A stretch of DNA of 64,000 bases, taken from assembly GCA_902384555.1 (NCBI GenBank), contig CABMCD010000024.1, positions 15,615-79,614 on the forward strand. Reading direction: 5' to 3'. A program made the position numbers and the translations under genes. The DNA comes from an uncultured archaeon. Its GTDB lineage: Archaea > Micrarchaeota > Micrarchaeia > Anstonellales > Anstonellaceae. Positions 38,572 through 48,486 of this stretch are shown in pieces (positions within the stretch are counted from its first letter, which is position 1; every line of letters begins with the position of its first letter). The notes under the pieces are model-generated. The model did not search any database. It was not told where the DNA came from and saw only the letters and a program-made list of their open reading frames with translations.

Positions 38572-38829
38572 TTAGGGTTTGTAGAGGGTTTTGGCCCACC
38601 AGCTCTTGAAGAAGGAGAGGCTGAAAGTGGAAATCAGAAACCCGAACGTGGGCACCAGCGCATTCACGAAGGGGTTGGGCGCGTTGATAAGCACAAGAAA
38701 AATGACCAGAATGAGATAAGTGGAGACGGCCAGAATCGCGCGCCTTGTTTTGCTGGTCTCCCACGCCTTGTCCAGCTCGACGCGGCGGTTGCGAGCTTGT
38801 AAGTTTTCGATTTCGGAGGGGGAAGCCAT
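38572..38829 (-). CDS. Small two-TM membrane protein
   Basis: RNRRVELDKAWETSKTRR followed by two hydrophobic helices. Confidence 0.75.
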   Translation of the reverse strand: MASPSEIENLQARNRRVELDKAWETSKTRRAILAVSTYLILVIFLVLINAPNPFVNALVPTFGFLISTFSLSFFKSWWAKTLYKP

Positions 38830-38838
38830 GCGCATACC

Positions 38839-40137
38839 CTAAGGGGTCAGCCGGTGCCGGTCTCTTGGGAACAAGCTGGCCTCGCGGATGTTGGGCAGCC
38901 GGCAAATCTGCATCGTCAGTCGCTCAATTCCAATCGACCAGCCCGCGTGCGGCGGCGCGCCGGTCCTGAACGCATTGATGTAGAATTCGAAAGTGGCCGG
39001 GTCCAGCCCGCGCGCCTGCAACTGTTTAATCAGCAGTTCTGGCACATGGATACGCTGGGCGCCGGAGGAAATCTCCAAGCCCCGGTACATCAAGTCGAAA
39101 GCGCGGCAGGTTTCGGGCTTGTCGGAGAAGGGCATGGAATAGAAAGCACGGATAGCAGTGGGCCAGCCCGTAATGAAGTAGGCTTCCTCGCCCAAGATGG
39201 AAAGCAGTTTTGCCTCCTTCTCGCGGTCAAAGTCCTCGCCCCATTCCATTTTCACGCCAGCGGCGTTGAGCTTTTCCACAAGCGAAGTATAAGTGTGGCG
39301 CGGCACCTTGGAGGGAACCACGAGGTCTTCCACTCCAATCAGCTTCAGCTCTTCAGCGCACTCTTTCTTGACCATGGAGAGGATTTCAAGAAATGTTTTT
39401 TCCAGCACATCCATGGCGTCATTTTCGTCGCAGAAGCCCATTTCCACGTCCATTTGAAGCACTTCGTTCAAGTGCGAGAGGGTGTTGTGCTTCTCGGCGC
39501 GGAACACCGGCGTGGTCATGAAAACCTTGTCCATGCCGCCCACCACCGACAGCTGCTTGTACAGTTGCGGAGACTGGGCCAGATTGGCCTCGCGCTCGAA
39601 GTATTGGACTTTGAACAAATCCGCGCCGCCTTCCGTGGCCGCGGCCACGAGGCAGGGCGGGTGGATTTCCTCAAACTCCTGAAAAACAAGCGATTTGCGG
39701 AAATTGCGCGCCACATGGGACTTGATTTTGAAGATGGCCGCCACGTTGGGCTTGCGCATGTCCACCGAGCGGTTGTCGAGGCGCACGTCCAGCTCGGCCG
39801 GCACCTGCCCGGTGATGTCGATGGGGATTTTCACAGATGGGGTGGAGAGAACGGTTACCGAGGAGGGCAGCAGCTCGACGCCGCCCGTGGCAATTTTGGA
39901 GGCCACCACTTGGCCTTCCACCTGCACCACGGTCTCGCGCGGATGCGCCATGAGCTCGAAGAGCTTATCGTCCACGCCGCCTTTTTTTGCAAACACCTGA
40001 ATAATGCCGGTCTTGTCGCGCAGGAGCAAAAATCTCACTTTGCCCAAATCGCGCGAATCATGCACCCAGCCGGCCAGCTTCACGGTCTGGCCGATGAGGG
40101 ATTTGGCGCTGGAGATATAGTGGGAGCGAAGCATCAT
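38839..40137 (-). CDS. aspS: Aspartate--tRNA ligase (archaeal, likely non-discriminating)
   Basis: OB fold GWVH, LAQSPQLYKQ, FRAEKH, GAPPHAG.IGIERL and FPRD. Confidence 0.95.
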   Translation of the reverse strand: MMLRSHYISSAKSLIGQTVKLAGWVHDSRDLGKVRFLLLRDKTGIIQVFAKKGGVDDKLFELMAHPRETVVQVEGQVVASKIATGGVELLPSSVTVLSTPSVKIPIDITGQVPAELDVRLDNRSVDMRKPNVAAIFKIKSHVARNFRKSLVFQEFEEIHPPCLVAAATEGGADLFKVQYFEREANLAQSPQLYKQLSVVGGMDKVFMTTPVFRAEKHNTLSHLNEVLQMDVEMGFCDENDAMDVLEKTFLEILSMVKKECAEELKLIGVEDLVVPSKVPRHTYTSLVEKLNAAGVKMEWGEDFDREKEAKLLSILGEEAYFITGWPTAIRAFYSMPFSDKPETCRAFDLMYRGLEISSGAQRIHVPELLIKQLQARGLDPATFEFYINAFRTGAPPHAGWSIGIERLTMQICRLPNIREASLFPRDRHRLTP

Positions 40138-40202
40138 GGAAATCACGACAAAGATGAGGATAATGGGAAGAAACGATTTATAGCCCTATTTCCGGCCCCC
40201 TC

Positions 40203-40700
40203 TCATTCGAACACGAATTCGGCCTTCTTGCCCATCCATTTGGACACCAGCGGCTCCAAGGAGCGCACGTCCAGCTTGAGACGGCTCTCGTCTTCCTTGG
40301 CAAGGCGGATGCGGGCAATCGCAGTGCCGGCATGGAAGGCCTCGTTGATGCCGATGACCTTGACGGGGGAGAGCAAATCCTCCAATGAGCGGCGCTGGTC
40401 GCCCGATTCGGAGACAATGCGCACCCGCCGGCCCAGCGCGGCCGCCAGGGCCGACACCACCTTGCCGCCGCGGCCAATCAGCACCCCCGGCTCGCCGGGC
40501 GTGAAAATCAGCACCTGCCCGCCCGCGTCCAGCGCGTGCGAGAAGGACGCGATCGAGAGGTTGTGCTGCTCGTTGATTTTGTAGAGGATGCGCGAGATGT
40601 CGACATCGAGCTTGGACATGGCGCCCGAGCCCAGCTTGGACTGGCAGGCGGGACAGAGCTTGTCTCCAATCGCGCAGGGGCGGCAGATGGGCGTCTGCAT
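40203..40700 (-). CDS. NusA-like KH-domain protein with N-terminal Cys motif
   Basis: PICRPC...LCPAC followed by the KH motif LIGRGGKVV. Confidence 0.8.
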   Translation of the reverse strand: MQTPICRPCAIGDKLCPACQSKLGSGAMSKLDVDISRILYKINEQHNLSIASFSHALDAGGQVLIFTPGEPGVLIGRGGKVVSALAAALGRRVRIVSESGDQRRSLEDLLSPVKVIGINEAFHAGTAIARIRLAKEDESRLKLDVRSLEPLVSKWMGKKAEFVFE

Positions 40701-40704
40701 GGGC

Positions 40705-41121
40705 TTACTTCTTGAGGATGATTTCCAGCGTCGAGACTTTCGACTTGGTGCCGTCCTCGTTCTCCACCTCTTCGGTGTCGATGCGAATGGAGTCGGCACG
40801 CAGGTCGGTGATGAACTTGTGGCGCACGATTTCGGCCACATCCACGGCCTTGGAGATGATTTGGCCGCGCGCTTTGAGTTTCACCCACGGCGCGCCGGTC
40901 TGAAACTGCGTCACCACGGCCAGCACATAGCCCATGGTGGGCTTTTTGCCGACGAAAATGGTGTTTTCCTCGCGCAGGGCGGGCCGCGTGGCCGGCATGG
41001 GCGGCAGGTTGGTGGCGGAGAGGCGGGTGTCCGCCCGGATGGCGGGAGGGCGCGGCTCGGCGGGAACGGAGACGGCAGAGGTTGCGGGGGTTTGGGGGTT
41101 TTCGTTGTCCATGGGATGCAC
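40705..41121 (-). CDS. albA: DNA/RNA-binding protein Alba with N-terminal extension
   Basis: IFVGKKPTMGYVLAV...LKARG..ISKAVDVAEI...VSTLEIIL. Confidence 0.93.
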   Translation of the reverse strand: MHPMDNENPQTPATSAVSVPAEPRPPAIRADTRLSATNLPPMPATRPALREENTIFVGKKPTMGYVLAVVTQFQTGAPWVKLKARGQIISKAVDVAEIVRHKFITDLRADSIRIDTEEVENEDGTKSKVSTLEIILKK

Positions 41122-41126
41122 CTGAT

Positions 41127-42224
41127 TTAGCGGCTTGAGGAGATGCGCGACAGGCGGTACTCCTCAATCATGCGCTGCAAACGCAAAGCATTCAACTTTT
41201 TTAAATCCCCATCCGGCGCGGACGGCGAGGGGGGAGAGGGCTGGGGCAGTGTGGAGGCTGGAGAGTGGGGCGCGGGAGGCGTTTTTTTCGCAAAAACGGG
41301 AGGCGGGTGAGGGGCCGCAAGGGCGGAAGGCTTCGGTGCTGGAACGGACGGGCGGACTTGGGTTTGGGGCCGGGCCGGAAGTGTCGAGGGAGATGGCCGG
41401 AATTGTTTTTCTTTTCCCCTGCCGCGGCGTTTGTTCAGGTAATGGATGTGGTTTTGCAGCCGCTGGATTTGGGCGGCCATTTTCAGCCGCTCATGGTTCG
41501 CCATGCGCTCGCCCGCCACCCCGTTTTGCAGCAGGCGGATGCGCTGCATGAGCGTTTCGCGCTCGGCCTCCAAAAAGGAGACGCGCTTGCGCAATTCGGA
41601 GACGGTGCGCTCAAGCGAGAGGGAAGAGGAAGAAAGAGGCTCGGGACGGGAGGAAGAGGGGCGGCGGGAAGAAGAGCCGGGGGCCGATGCCACGGGCTGG
41701 ACTTGTTTTTCTTCCATCCTTTCTTTTTCAGCCTCCGGCTGGCGCAATTTGCTTATCATCTCCAGCGCCGCCGTGTGGCGGATGCCCTGCAGGAGAAGGT
41801 GGCGCAAAATGTCGGTTTCCTCATCCGAGAAACCGGCCGGGGCGCTGCCGCGCAGCATGTTCTGGTGCGCCCGCCAGCCCTGCACGGCCGCGCTGAGCGC
41901 GTCGCGCTCGTGCACGTTTTCGACGGGAAAGGAGAACTGTTCCAGCATTTGAGCGGCCACTTGGCGCTTGTCGTCCTCCCTCCACGGCCGCTCGGGCACG
42001 AACAGGGCGGCATTGAAAGCCGAGGCCAATTTCAGCACCAGTTCGGGCGCGGGCCGGACATCGGAGGCAACAAGAGAGGGCGTGCCCCAGGATTCGAGGG
42101 CAGAGAGGGCAGCCCCAAAGCCGCCCTGCTGGATGTGGGTGATGCGCACCGGATGGCCGGAGAGGTCGAGCGCGGCGAGGCCGATGGTGTGGCCGGGGTC
42201 GACGCCGATGATGAGATAGGGCAT
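41127..42224 (-). CDS. DUF460-family protein (RNase H-like N-terminus plus coiled coil)
   Basis: IIGVDPG...DLSG, HERDALSAA; coiled coil. Confidence 0.8.
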   Translation of the reverse strand: MPYLIIGVDPGHTIGLAALDLSGHPVRITHIQQGGFGAALSALESWGTPSLVASDVRPAPELVLKLASAFNAALFVPERPWREDDKRQVAAQMLEQFSFPVENVHERDALSAAVQGWRAHQNMLRGSAPAGFSDEETDILRHLLLQGIRHTAALEMISKLRQPEAEKERMEEKQVQPVASAPGSSSRRPSSSRPEPLSSSSLSLERTVSELRKRVSFLEAERETLMQRIRLLQNGVAGERMANHERLKMAAQIQRLQNHIHYLNKRRGRGKEKQFRPSPSTLPARPQTQVRPSVPAPKPSALAAPHPPPVFAKKTPPAPHSPASTLPQPSPPSPSAPDGDLKKLNALRLQRMIEEYRLSRISSSR

Positions 42225-42352
42225 TGAAAGGCATTGGGCGGAAAGAGTTTAAGAGAAAATAGGGAGAAGGGGGAAACATGTATGAGGGCAAAATGGTTAT
42301 AAATACACGAATATATACATATTAACATATAATAAGCACGCGACGTGATGGG

Positions 42353-43186
42353 ATGGTTACAGCCATAATCGGAAAGGGGCAGCCGAACAAAGGGCAGACT
42401 CGGCTGCAAGAAAACAAGGGCCGCGCCCCCATTTTTTCCAGGCGCGAGTCAGGTGTTGCGGCGTTTGGCCAAGAGCAGACTCTTCAAAAACGCGGTTTGA
42501 GGCTGGTGAATGACCCGGTTCAACGTCCAGCAGGCTACATGGAGGGAGAAAGCCGATGGTACATCGTCTCAAGAGTGAATGCGAAAGATGAGGCGCTCAA
42601 AATGGGCCGCGGCAGGCCCGAAAAAAGGCTGATAGAGCATGCGGAAAATTTCCCGAACTGCTCGGATCCCGAATTCGGAACCGTGTTTCTCAACAAGTTC
42701 GTCAAAGAGGGCGCCAGTCTCACGGATGCTGAATTGAAGGAGTGGAGCGTGGAATACGACTGGGCGAAGATAAGGCTGGATGGCGGCCGCAGGCGGTTTT
42801 CCTACACGGGCGCATCCAAAGCGCATCGCCTCAGTGACGGCCCGTTCATCTTCCGGCTCTGCAAAAACGGAACCGAGATGGCGCGAGTGGCGTTCGACGC
42901 CATCGAGGGCGGAATCCGTATCGTTCAAATCCAGGCCAAGAAAGGCGTGAGAGAAACGCTCTTGCCCATCAAGTGGGAACGGGCGCTCATCGCCTACGCC
43001 TGCCGCTGGGCGGAGGAATGGGGCTTGGAAAAGGTGGAAATCCGCTCGGCCAAAAACAACCCGTTGACGGACCCGAAACACCTTCCCTACGAGCGGGCCA
43101 GGGTGATTTATGACGTCAGCGCCAAGCGCTCGGGCTTCAGGCTGAATGAAGAGGAGAACTGGGTAAAATACCTCGGCGCCGCTTAG
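42353..43186 (+). CDS. Hypothetical protein with C-terminal GNAT/VirK-like pattern
   Basis: RVAF...IRIVQIQ...ALIAYA..WA...GLEKVEI...YD..AKRSGF. Confidence 0.6.
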   Translation: MVTAIIGKGQPNKGQTRLQENKGRAPIFSRRESGVAAFGQEQTLQKRGLRLVNDPVQRPAGYMEGESRWYIVSRVNAKDEALKMGRGRPEKRLIEHAENFPNCSDPEFGTVFLNKFVKEGASLTDAELKEWSVEYDWAKIRLDGGRRRFSYTGASKAHRLSDGPFIFRLCKNGTEMARVAFDAIEGGIRIVQIQAKKGVRETLLPIKWERALIAYACRWAEEWGLEKVEIRSAKNNPLTDPKHLPYERARVIYDVSAKRSGFRLNEEENWVKYLGAA

Positions 43187-43192
43187 CGGAAA

Positions 43193-44452
43193 CTAGACCT
43201 GCTTGATTTTGCTTATTTTCAATTTCTGCTCCAGCTCGACGAGCGTGTTCCGCTCCACGTTCTCCTTCACCATCACGTTGGCCCCAATCCACGAATGGTC
43301 GCCAATCATCTTGCCCGGCATCACGGAAGAAAGAACGCCCATCTTCACTTCGTCGCCCAAGATGGCGCCCAGCTTCTTGCGCTGCGTGTCGATGACCACG
43401 TCCTCCACCTTGGCCTTCACATGCCCGGCGTCGAAGCGGAAGTTGGCGATTTGCGTGGCCGAGCCGAAGTTGCAGCCCGAGCCGATGATGGAGTCGCCGA
43501 TGTAGGAGAGGTGTTTGGCATTGACGTGGTCGAAGATGATGGAGTTCTTCACCGTGGTGGAGTCGCCGATTGAGCAGTCCGCGCCAATCGAGGAGCAGCC
43601 GCGCACGTAGGCGTGGGGCCCAATCACGCTGTTCGCGCCCACGTAAAGCGGGCCCTCCACATAGGAGTCGATGATTTTGGCGCCGGGCTCGAGAATGACC
43701 TTGCCCTTGATGGTCGAATTTTCGATTTGGCCGATGCCCTTCTTCTCGCCCATCTGCTCGAGCAGGAATTTGTTGGCGTCAAACAGCTGCCAGGGCAGGC
43801 CCATGTCCAGCCAGTATTCGGACGTGAGCACGGCCTTGACCTTCTCGCTTTTCAGCACGTCGGTCATCTCATATTCGCCGCGCGGGGATTTCTTCACCGC
43901 CGCGAGGGCCTTGAAGATTTCCGGCTCCATCACATAGAGCGAGCAGTTGGCCAGCGCCGTCTTGGGCGGGTGCTTGGGCTTTTCCTCAAACCCGCACAGG
44001 TAGCCCTTCTCTATCTTGGCAATTCCGTATTGCCCCGGCTCGCTCACTTCGGTGAACAGAGCCGAGATTTTGCCCTCGTGCCCGGCCCCCAGCTCGCGCA
44101 AGGCAGCGGGAGTGGTAATCACGTCGCCGGCCACGGCATAGAAGGTGGAGTTTATTTTGCCCTCGCTTTCGGCAAAGGCGGCGGCCGTGCCGTATTTGGA
44201 GCCCTGCGTGATGAATTCCAGCGTGAGGCCGGGAAGCGGGTTTTGCGCGAAATAGGCGCGCACCGTCTCCTCCATGTATTTGACCACCACGACCGCCTTC
44301 TTCACGCCGACGGAGCGGAGGTTGGAGAGCACGTGCCAGAGAATCGGCCGGCCGGCCAGCTGAATCATGCACTTGGGGCGCGTGTAGGTCAGCGGGCGCA
44401 GGCGCTTGCCCTCGCCGGCCGCCAGGACGACCGCTTGTGTGATGGACATCAT
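43193..44452 (-). CDS. glmU: Bifunctional sugar-1-phosphate nucleotidylyltransferase/acetyltransferase
   Basis: LAAGEGKRLRPLT..RPK, EEKP, RGEYE, hexapeptide repeats HLSYIGDSIIG. Confidence 0.9.
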   Translation of the reverse strand: MMSITQAVVLAAGEGKRLRPLTYTRPKCMIQLAGRPILWHVLSNLRSVGVKKAVVVVKYMEETVRAYFAQNPLPGLTLEFITQGSKYGTAAAFAESEGKINSTFYAVAGDVITTPAALRELGAGHEGKISALFTEVSEPGQYGIAKIEKGYLCGFEEKPKHPPKTALANCSLYVMEPEIFKALAAVKKSPRGEYEMTDVLKSEKVKAVLTSEYWLDMGLPWQLFDANKFLLEQMGEKKGIGQIENSTIKGKVILEPGAKIIDSYVEGPLYVGANSVIGPHAYVRGCSSIGADCSIGDSTTVKNSIIFDHVNAKHLSYIGDSIIGSGCNFGSATQIANFRFDAGHVKAKVEDVVIDTQRKKLGAILGDEVKMGVLSSVMPGKMIGDHSWIGANVMVKENVERNTLVELEQKLKISKIKQV

Positions 44453-44485
44453 AACCAACCCAAAAAGGCCCTTTGGAGCCTTAAA

Positions 44486-44773
44486 TTACTTCTTCTTGCG
44501 CCCCCCGCTCAGGAAGGAAAGCGGACAGCCATGCGACAGAATCAGGCTGGCGTTGAAGAGCGCGATGAGGGTGGCGAGGCCGTTGAGGGCCAGGAACACC
44601 TCGTCGTTGATGGTGAGGGCGTGGTAGGCCAAGAAAAGCGAGCCGAAGAGGTAGAGGGCCACGAATTTGAGGTTGAGGTTGCGGCCCTTCTCGCGGCAGT
44701 TCTGGATGGTTTCCGGAATCCAGGCGAGGATGATGAGCACCATGCCGGCCAGTCCGACGTATTCAAAACACAT
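44486..44773 (-). CDS. PQ-loop/SemiSWEET-like small membrane protein
   Basis: Three TMs, with AWIPE in place of the PQ motif. Confidence 0.65.
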   Translation of the reverse strand: MCFEYVGLAGMVLIILAWIPETIQNCREKGRNLNLKFVALYLFGSLFLAYHALTINDEVFLALNGLATLIALFNASLILSHGCPLSFLSGGRKKK

Positions 44774-44844
44774 GCAACAACCACCTTGTCGGGGGGTGGT
44801 CGGGCAGGGTTTTTAAATTCTCATTCGTCAAGTGAAAAGACCAA

Positions 44845-44919
44845 GCCTTGGTAGCTCAGCCTGGTTAGAGCGGCTGACTGTTAATCAGCAGGCCATCGGT
44901 TCAAATCCGATCCAGGGCG
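44845..44919 (+). tRNA. tRNA-Asn(GTT)
   Basis: GCCTTGG acceptor, GCTGA-CTGTTAA-TCAGC anticodon arm. Confidence 0.95.
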
Positions 44920-45008
44920 AGGACTTTTTTTCTTCCGACAAAAGCGGCGAGCGGACGGCAGGGGGGCCGAAAATAGCTTGATTAAGCTTTCTGTCCAATT
45001 TGAATCCT

Positions 45009-45371
45009 ATGACCGCCCCTTCATCCGAGCTGGCCCAGATGCAGCACCACTACGAGTGGTTTTTCGAGACTTTGGCGAACCCCCTGCGCATGCGCATCCT
45101 GCTCATGCTCATGAAAAAGCCGCTCTCGGTCAACGAGATGGTGAAGGAAACCGGCGAGGAGCAGAGCAAGGTGTCGCACGCGCTTCGCATCCTCACGCTC
45201 TGCCGCCTGGTGAGAATGAGCAAGAAGGGGCGCATGCACATCTATCAGGCCGAGAACCAGCGCGTCAAGCCCCTCTTCCGCCTCGTGGACCAGTCGATTT
45301 GCTCCGCCTGCGGCGCCTGCTGCCGCCAGGACGAGCGCAAGAAGAAAATCAAAAGAGTGGTAAAGAAGTAA
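45009..45371 (+). CDS. ArsR-family regulator with C-terminal Cys cluster
   Basis: FETLANPLRMRIL...EQSKVSHALRIL; CSACGACC tail. Confidence 0.85.
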   Translation: MTAPSSELAQMQHHYEWFFETLANPLRMRILLMLMKKPLSVNEMVKETGEEQSKVSHALRILTLCRLVRMSKKGRMHIYQAENQRVKPLFRLVDQSICSACGACCRQDERKKKIKRVVKK

Positions 45372-45377
45372 TCGGAC

Positions 45378-45788
45378 TTATTTTTTGCGCCGCGAATTGG
45401 CCTTGACGTGGGCCACCAGCATGCCCACGTGCGCCTGGCGCGTGATGCGCTCGACGCGCTCCTCCAGGTCATGGACATCGTCCCACATCAGCTCCAGCGC
45501 GGCGCGGACGTTGAAGGTCATGGCGTGCGCCGAGGAGGGGGAGATGGCCGTCTCCTCCAGGCCCAAACGCAGGGGCATCATGTGCTGGGGCGGCTGCTCC
45601 ATGGAGGGCCCCTGCATGGGCTCGGAAGTGGAGATGGCCTCGGAGAGCGGGGCGGAAAGGCGCAGGGAGGCGGACCGCCGCTCCCCCTCTTCCTCCTCCA
45701 GGCGCAGGCGCACTTGCCCGTCCTTCTGGGCATTGAGCCAGGCGTCTGTTTTTTGAGCTGAATGGGGAGCCCCGATAACCGCGTTCAT
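45378..45788 (-). CDS. Hypothetical protein
   Basis: 136-aa ORF with GGAGGG SD. Confidence 0.5.
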   Translation of the reverse strand: MNAVIGAPHSAQKTDAWLNAQKDGQVRLRLEEEEGERRSASLRLSAPLSEAISTSEPMQGPSMEQPPQHMMPLRLGLEETAISPSSAHAMTFNVRAALELMWDDVHDLEERVERITRQAHVGMLVAHVKANSRRKK

Positions 45789-45974
45789 GGCCTATCCCTC
45801 CGATGGATATTGGATGATTCAACCGCTTGCAGGCCCCGCCAAGGGCATCAAACGGCGCTGGTCGCTGAAGGAGAGTAAAAAAGCAATGTTTAAAAAGGGG
45901 GTTGGCGCTCGCCGAGGAAAAAAACGTGGGAAAAAGAGGGTGGATGAAAAAGCCGCAATGGGAAAACAAAAAAA

Positions 45975-47189
45975 TCAGGACAGCTTGGCCTGGCAGGAAG
46001 CCCGGTAGCTGTCGTCGATGATTTGGCCGCAGATGGAAACGTCCTTCTGCTGAATCGCCAGCGCCGTGAGGCACTTGGGCGTCCACACGTTGGCTTCCGA
46101 CAGGGTGATGTTCAGGCAGGAAGTCGCATCGCGGATGGGGACTTGGCCGGTGAGCACGTTGTTGTAGCAGATGATGCGGTCGCTGTGCGCGAGGGTGTTG
46201 CAGGAGGACGCGTCGCCGTTCTCCAGCGCCGTGTGGATGTAGCACTTGGCGCGGTTGAGGCTGTTGATGACGGATACGCACACGCCCGGCGTGTCGGTGG
46301 CCACCGAGTAGTTGAGATAGCAGAGGTCGCGGCTGGTTTCCAAAAACGCCTGCTGGCAGCCGCCGGGGTTCTTGTTCTGGATGGCGAAGCGCGTGTAGCA
46401 CTCGTCGCGGTACGGGCTGCCCTGCTGGCCGTAGGAGCACCAGCTCGAGTCGTTGAGCGCGAGGGCCGCCAGCTCGTAGCAGTAGTCGGCGCGCGAAGTG
46501 GCGTTGCCGGAGAGGCAGGCGCTGGCGTTGTTTTGCACCACCGCCACGCAGGCCTGCGAGAGCGCCCCATCCTTGATGAGCGGGCAGGCCGTGGTGGTGC
46601 GCGACTGCAGGGCAAAATCAAAGCGGCACGAATCGTCGCTGCAAAGGGCGGGGTCGTGCTTGAGGAAGGCGCGACAGCGCGCGGCCGCAGCCGGGTTGGC
46701 CTCGACCGAGCAGGGCGCCAGCGCGGACTGGCAGACGGAGCGCTTGGCGGCGTCCGACACCTTGGCGCACAGGTCGGAGGAGTTGGCCGCATAGGCCAGC
46801 TTGAGGTAGCAGGCGTCCTGGGTGGCGGGCGAGACGAACTGCTCGCAGAATGAGGCGTCGGAGGAGTCGGTCAGAAAGCCCTTGAGGCAGTCGTCGCGCT
46901 GGCCCACCTCGTAGATGCGCTCGCAGTAGCTGAGGTTGGACTGGCGGGCCGCGAGCGAGAGGAAGCAGTAGTCGTGCGCCCCCACGCTGGACACGCCGGC
47001 GCAGGGGTCGAGGGAGGCGGGAGCGGGCGCGGACGGGGGGGCGGAGGGCGCGGGCGCGGGAGAAGCGGCCGCGGAAGGCGCGGCCGGCGGATTTCCGGCC
47101 GCGGGGCCGGACTGTGCGCAGCCGGCCATAAACATCGCGCCAATCAAGAGAAGGGGGAGCAGCATCCAAATGCGCATAGCGATCGCCAT
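45975..47189 (-). CDS. Lipoprotein with tandem Cys-pair helical repeats
   Basis: Lipobox MAGC, Pro/Ala linker, repeated C-x9-10-C units. Confidence 0.85.
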   Translation of the reverse strand: MAIAMRIWMLLPLLLIGAMFMAGCAQSGPAAGNPPAAPSAAASPAPAPSAPPSAPAPASLDPCAGVSSVGAHDYCFLSLAARQSNLSYCERIYEVGQRDDCLKGFLTDSSDASFCEQFVSPATQDACYLKLAYAANSSDLCAKVSDAAKRSVCQSALAPCSVEANPAAAARCRAFLKHDPALCSDDSCRFDFALQSRTTTACPLIKDGALSQACVAVVQNNASACLSGNATSRADYCYELAALALNDSSWCSYGQQGSPYRDECYTRFAIQNKNPGGCQQAFLETSRDLCYLNYSVATDTPGVCVSVINSLNRAKCYIHTALENGDASSCNTLAHSDRIICYNNVLTGQVPIRDATSCLNITLSEANVWTPKCLTALAIQQKDVSICGQIIDDSYRASCQAKLS

Positions 47190-47247
47190 GCATGGGGCAG
47201 GCATCGGGGATTTATAAGAGTATTCCAGCGCCGGCGCGCCGGAAAAA

Positions 47248-47333
47248 TGCAGGGGATGGGATTCGAACCCATGAAGGCGCTAGGCCACAGGGTCCTAAGC
47301 CCTGCGCATTTGACCAGGCTTTGCTACCCCTGC
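47248..47333 (-). tRNA. tRNA-Leu(TAG)
   Basis: GCAGGGG acceptor, CAGGG-CTTAGGA-CCCTG anticodon arm, variable arm. Confidence 0.95.
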
Positions 47334-47385
47334 AAAAAGAATGGGAGGGCGCAATATCTAAAAGAGGTGGGCCGGTAGCAGTCGC

Positions 47386-48405
47386 ATGGCGCCCGAGCTG
47401 CTGGCCAAACGCCGAAAGAAAAACGAGGAGACGCAAGAGCTGCAGCAGGAGCGCCGGCGCCTGGAGCAGGTGGAGCGCCTGCGCGAGATGGAACAGAGGC
47501 AGCGCAACGCCTTCAGCGGGCGGACTGCGCAACCGCAGGCGGCCGGCCCGCAAGTGAGGCAGGAAGTCCGCAAGGAAGAGCCGGTTTCGCCGCCTCCCAT
47601 TCCCCCCGTTCAGGCCCCGCTGCCCAAGGAGGCGGACGCCTCGCCAAAGCCCGCGGCCCCGCAGGCCGTGGAGCGGCGGCAGACGCGCGAGACCACCCGG
47701 ACCGAGAAGCTGGATTTGGGGCATTATGATTCGTCCGGAAAACACGAGGCGGTGGAGGGGCAGAACAAGGTCGTGGTGCAGGAGCTGGACCGCATCGAGC
47801 GCCTCGAAACCCCGCAAGACGGCGCACAGGTGGAGGCGGAAAAAGAAAGAAGGCTGGAGAAAGAGAGCGCCTTGCGCAGGATGGAGGCCAAAACGGCGCA
47901 GGTGGTGCCGGCGCAAAAACTGCAGGAGCAGGCCGGCATCGTGCAGGCCGAAAAAAAGCCGGAAATGGAGAAAGAGAGCGCCCGCATTGCGGAGGCCCGG
48001 CCGGACGCCAGAATGGCCGGACCCGCGAGCGAAACCGATGAGGAGGCGCGCCGCCAGGTCAGGCGCACGCTCGACGAGGCGTTCGAGCACAACCGCCCCG
48101 CCCTGCTGGTGAGCCTGGTGATGAAAAAGGAGGAGGAAGGGCCGCTGGATTTGATGCAGGTGGACGAGCGGCGGGCCCGGCTGCTCGTGGCCGAAGTGGA
48201 CGCGCGCATCCGCAAGGCGGGGCGCGACAAGTACAGCTTCGCGCAGCGCGTGCGAAAAGAAAAAGACGAGGGGCGCAAGCAGGTGCTGCGCGCCAAATGG
48301 AAGAAAATCTGCATCAGCCTGGCCTTTTACACCAAGGTAAAGGGCATGCTGAGCCGCATTCTGGGCGGGTTCTTTGGAAAACTGCTGGGCGGACTGATGA
48401 AATAG
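47386..48405 (+). CDS. Charged coiled-coil hypothetical protein
   Basis: E/Q/R-rich 339-aa ORF with GAGGTG SD; amphipathic C-terminal helix. Confidence 0.7.
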   Translation: MAPELLAKRRKKNEETQELQQERRRLEQVERLREMEQRQRNAFSGRTAQPQAAGPQVRQEVRKEEPVSPPPIPPVQAPLPKEADASPKPAAPQAVERRQTRETTRTEKLDLGHYDSSGKHEAVEGQNKVVVQELDRIERLETPQDGAQVEAEKERRLEKESALRRMEAKTAQVVPAQKLQEQAGIVQAEKKPEMEKESARIAEARPDARMAGPASETDEEARRQVRRTLDEAFEHNRPALLVSLVMKKEEEGPLDLMQVDERRARLLVAEVDARIRKAGRDKYSFAQRVRKEKDEGRKQVLRAKWKKICISLAFYTKVKGMLSRILGGFFGKLLGGLMK

Positions 48406-48486
48406 AAAACCGGAGAAAGGAAAAGAATGGATGGGAAATAGAAAAGAGAAAATAGACTGAAAAAGGAAAGAAACGCGCTAACGTGC

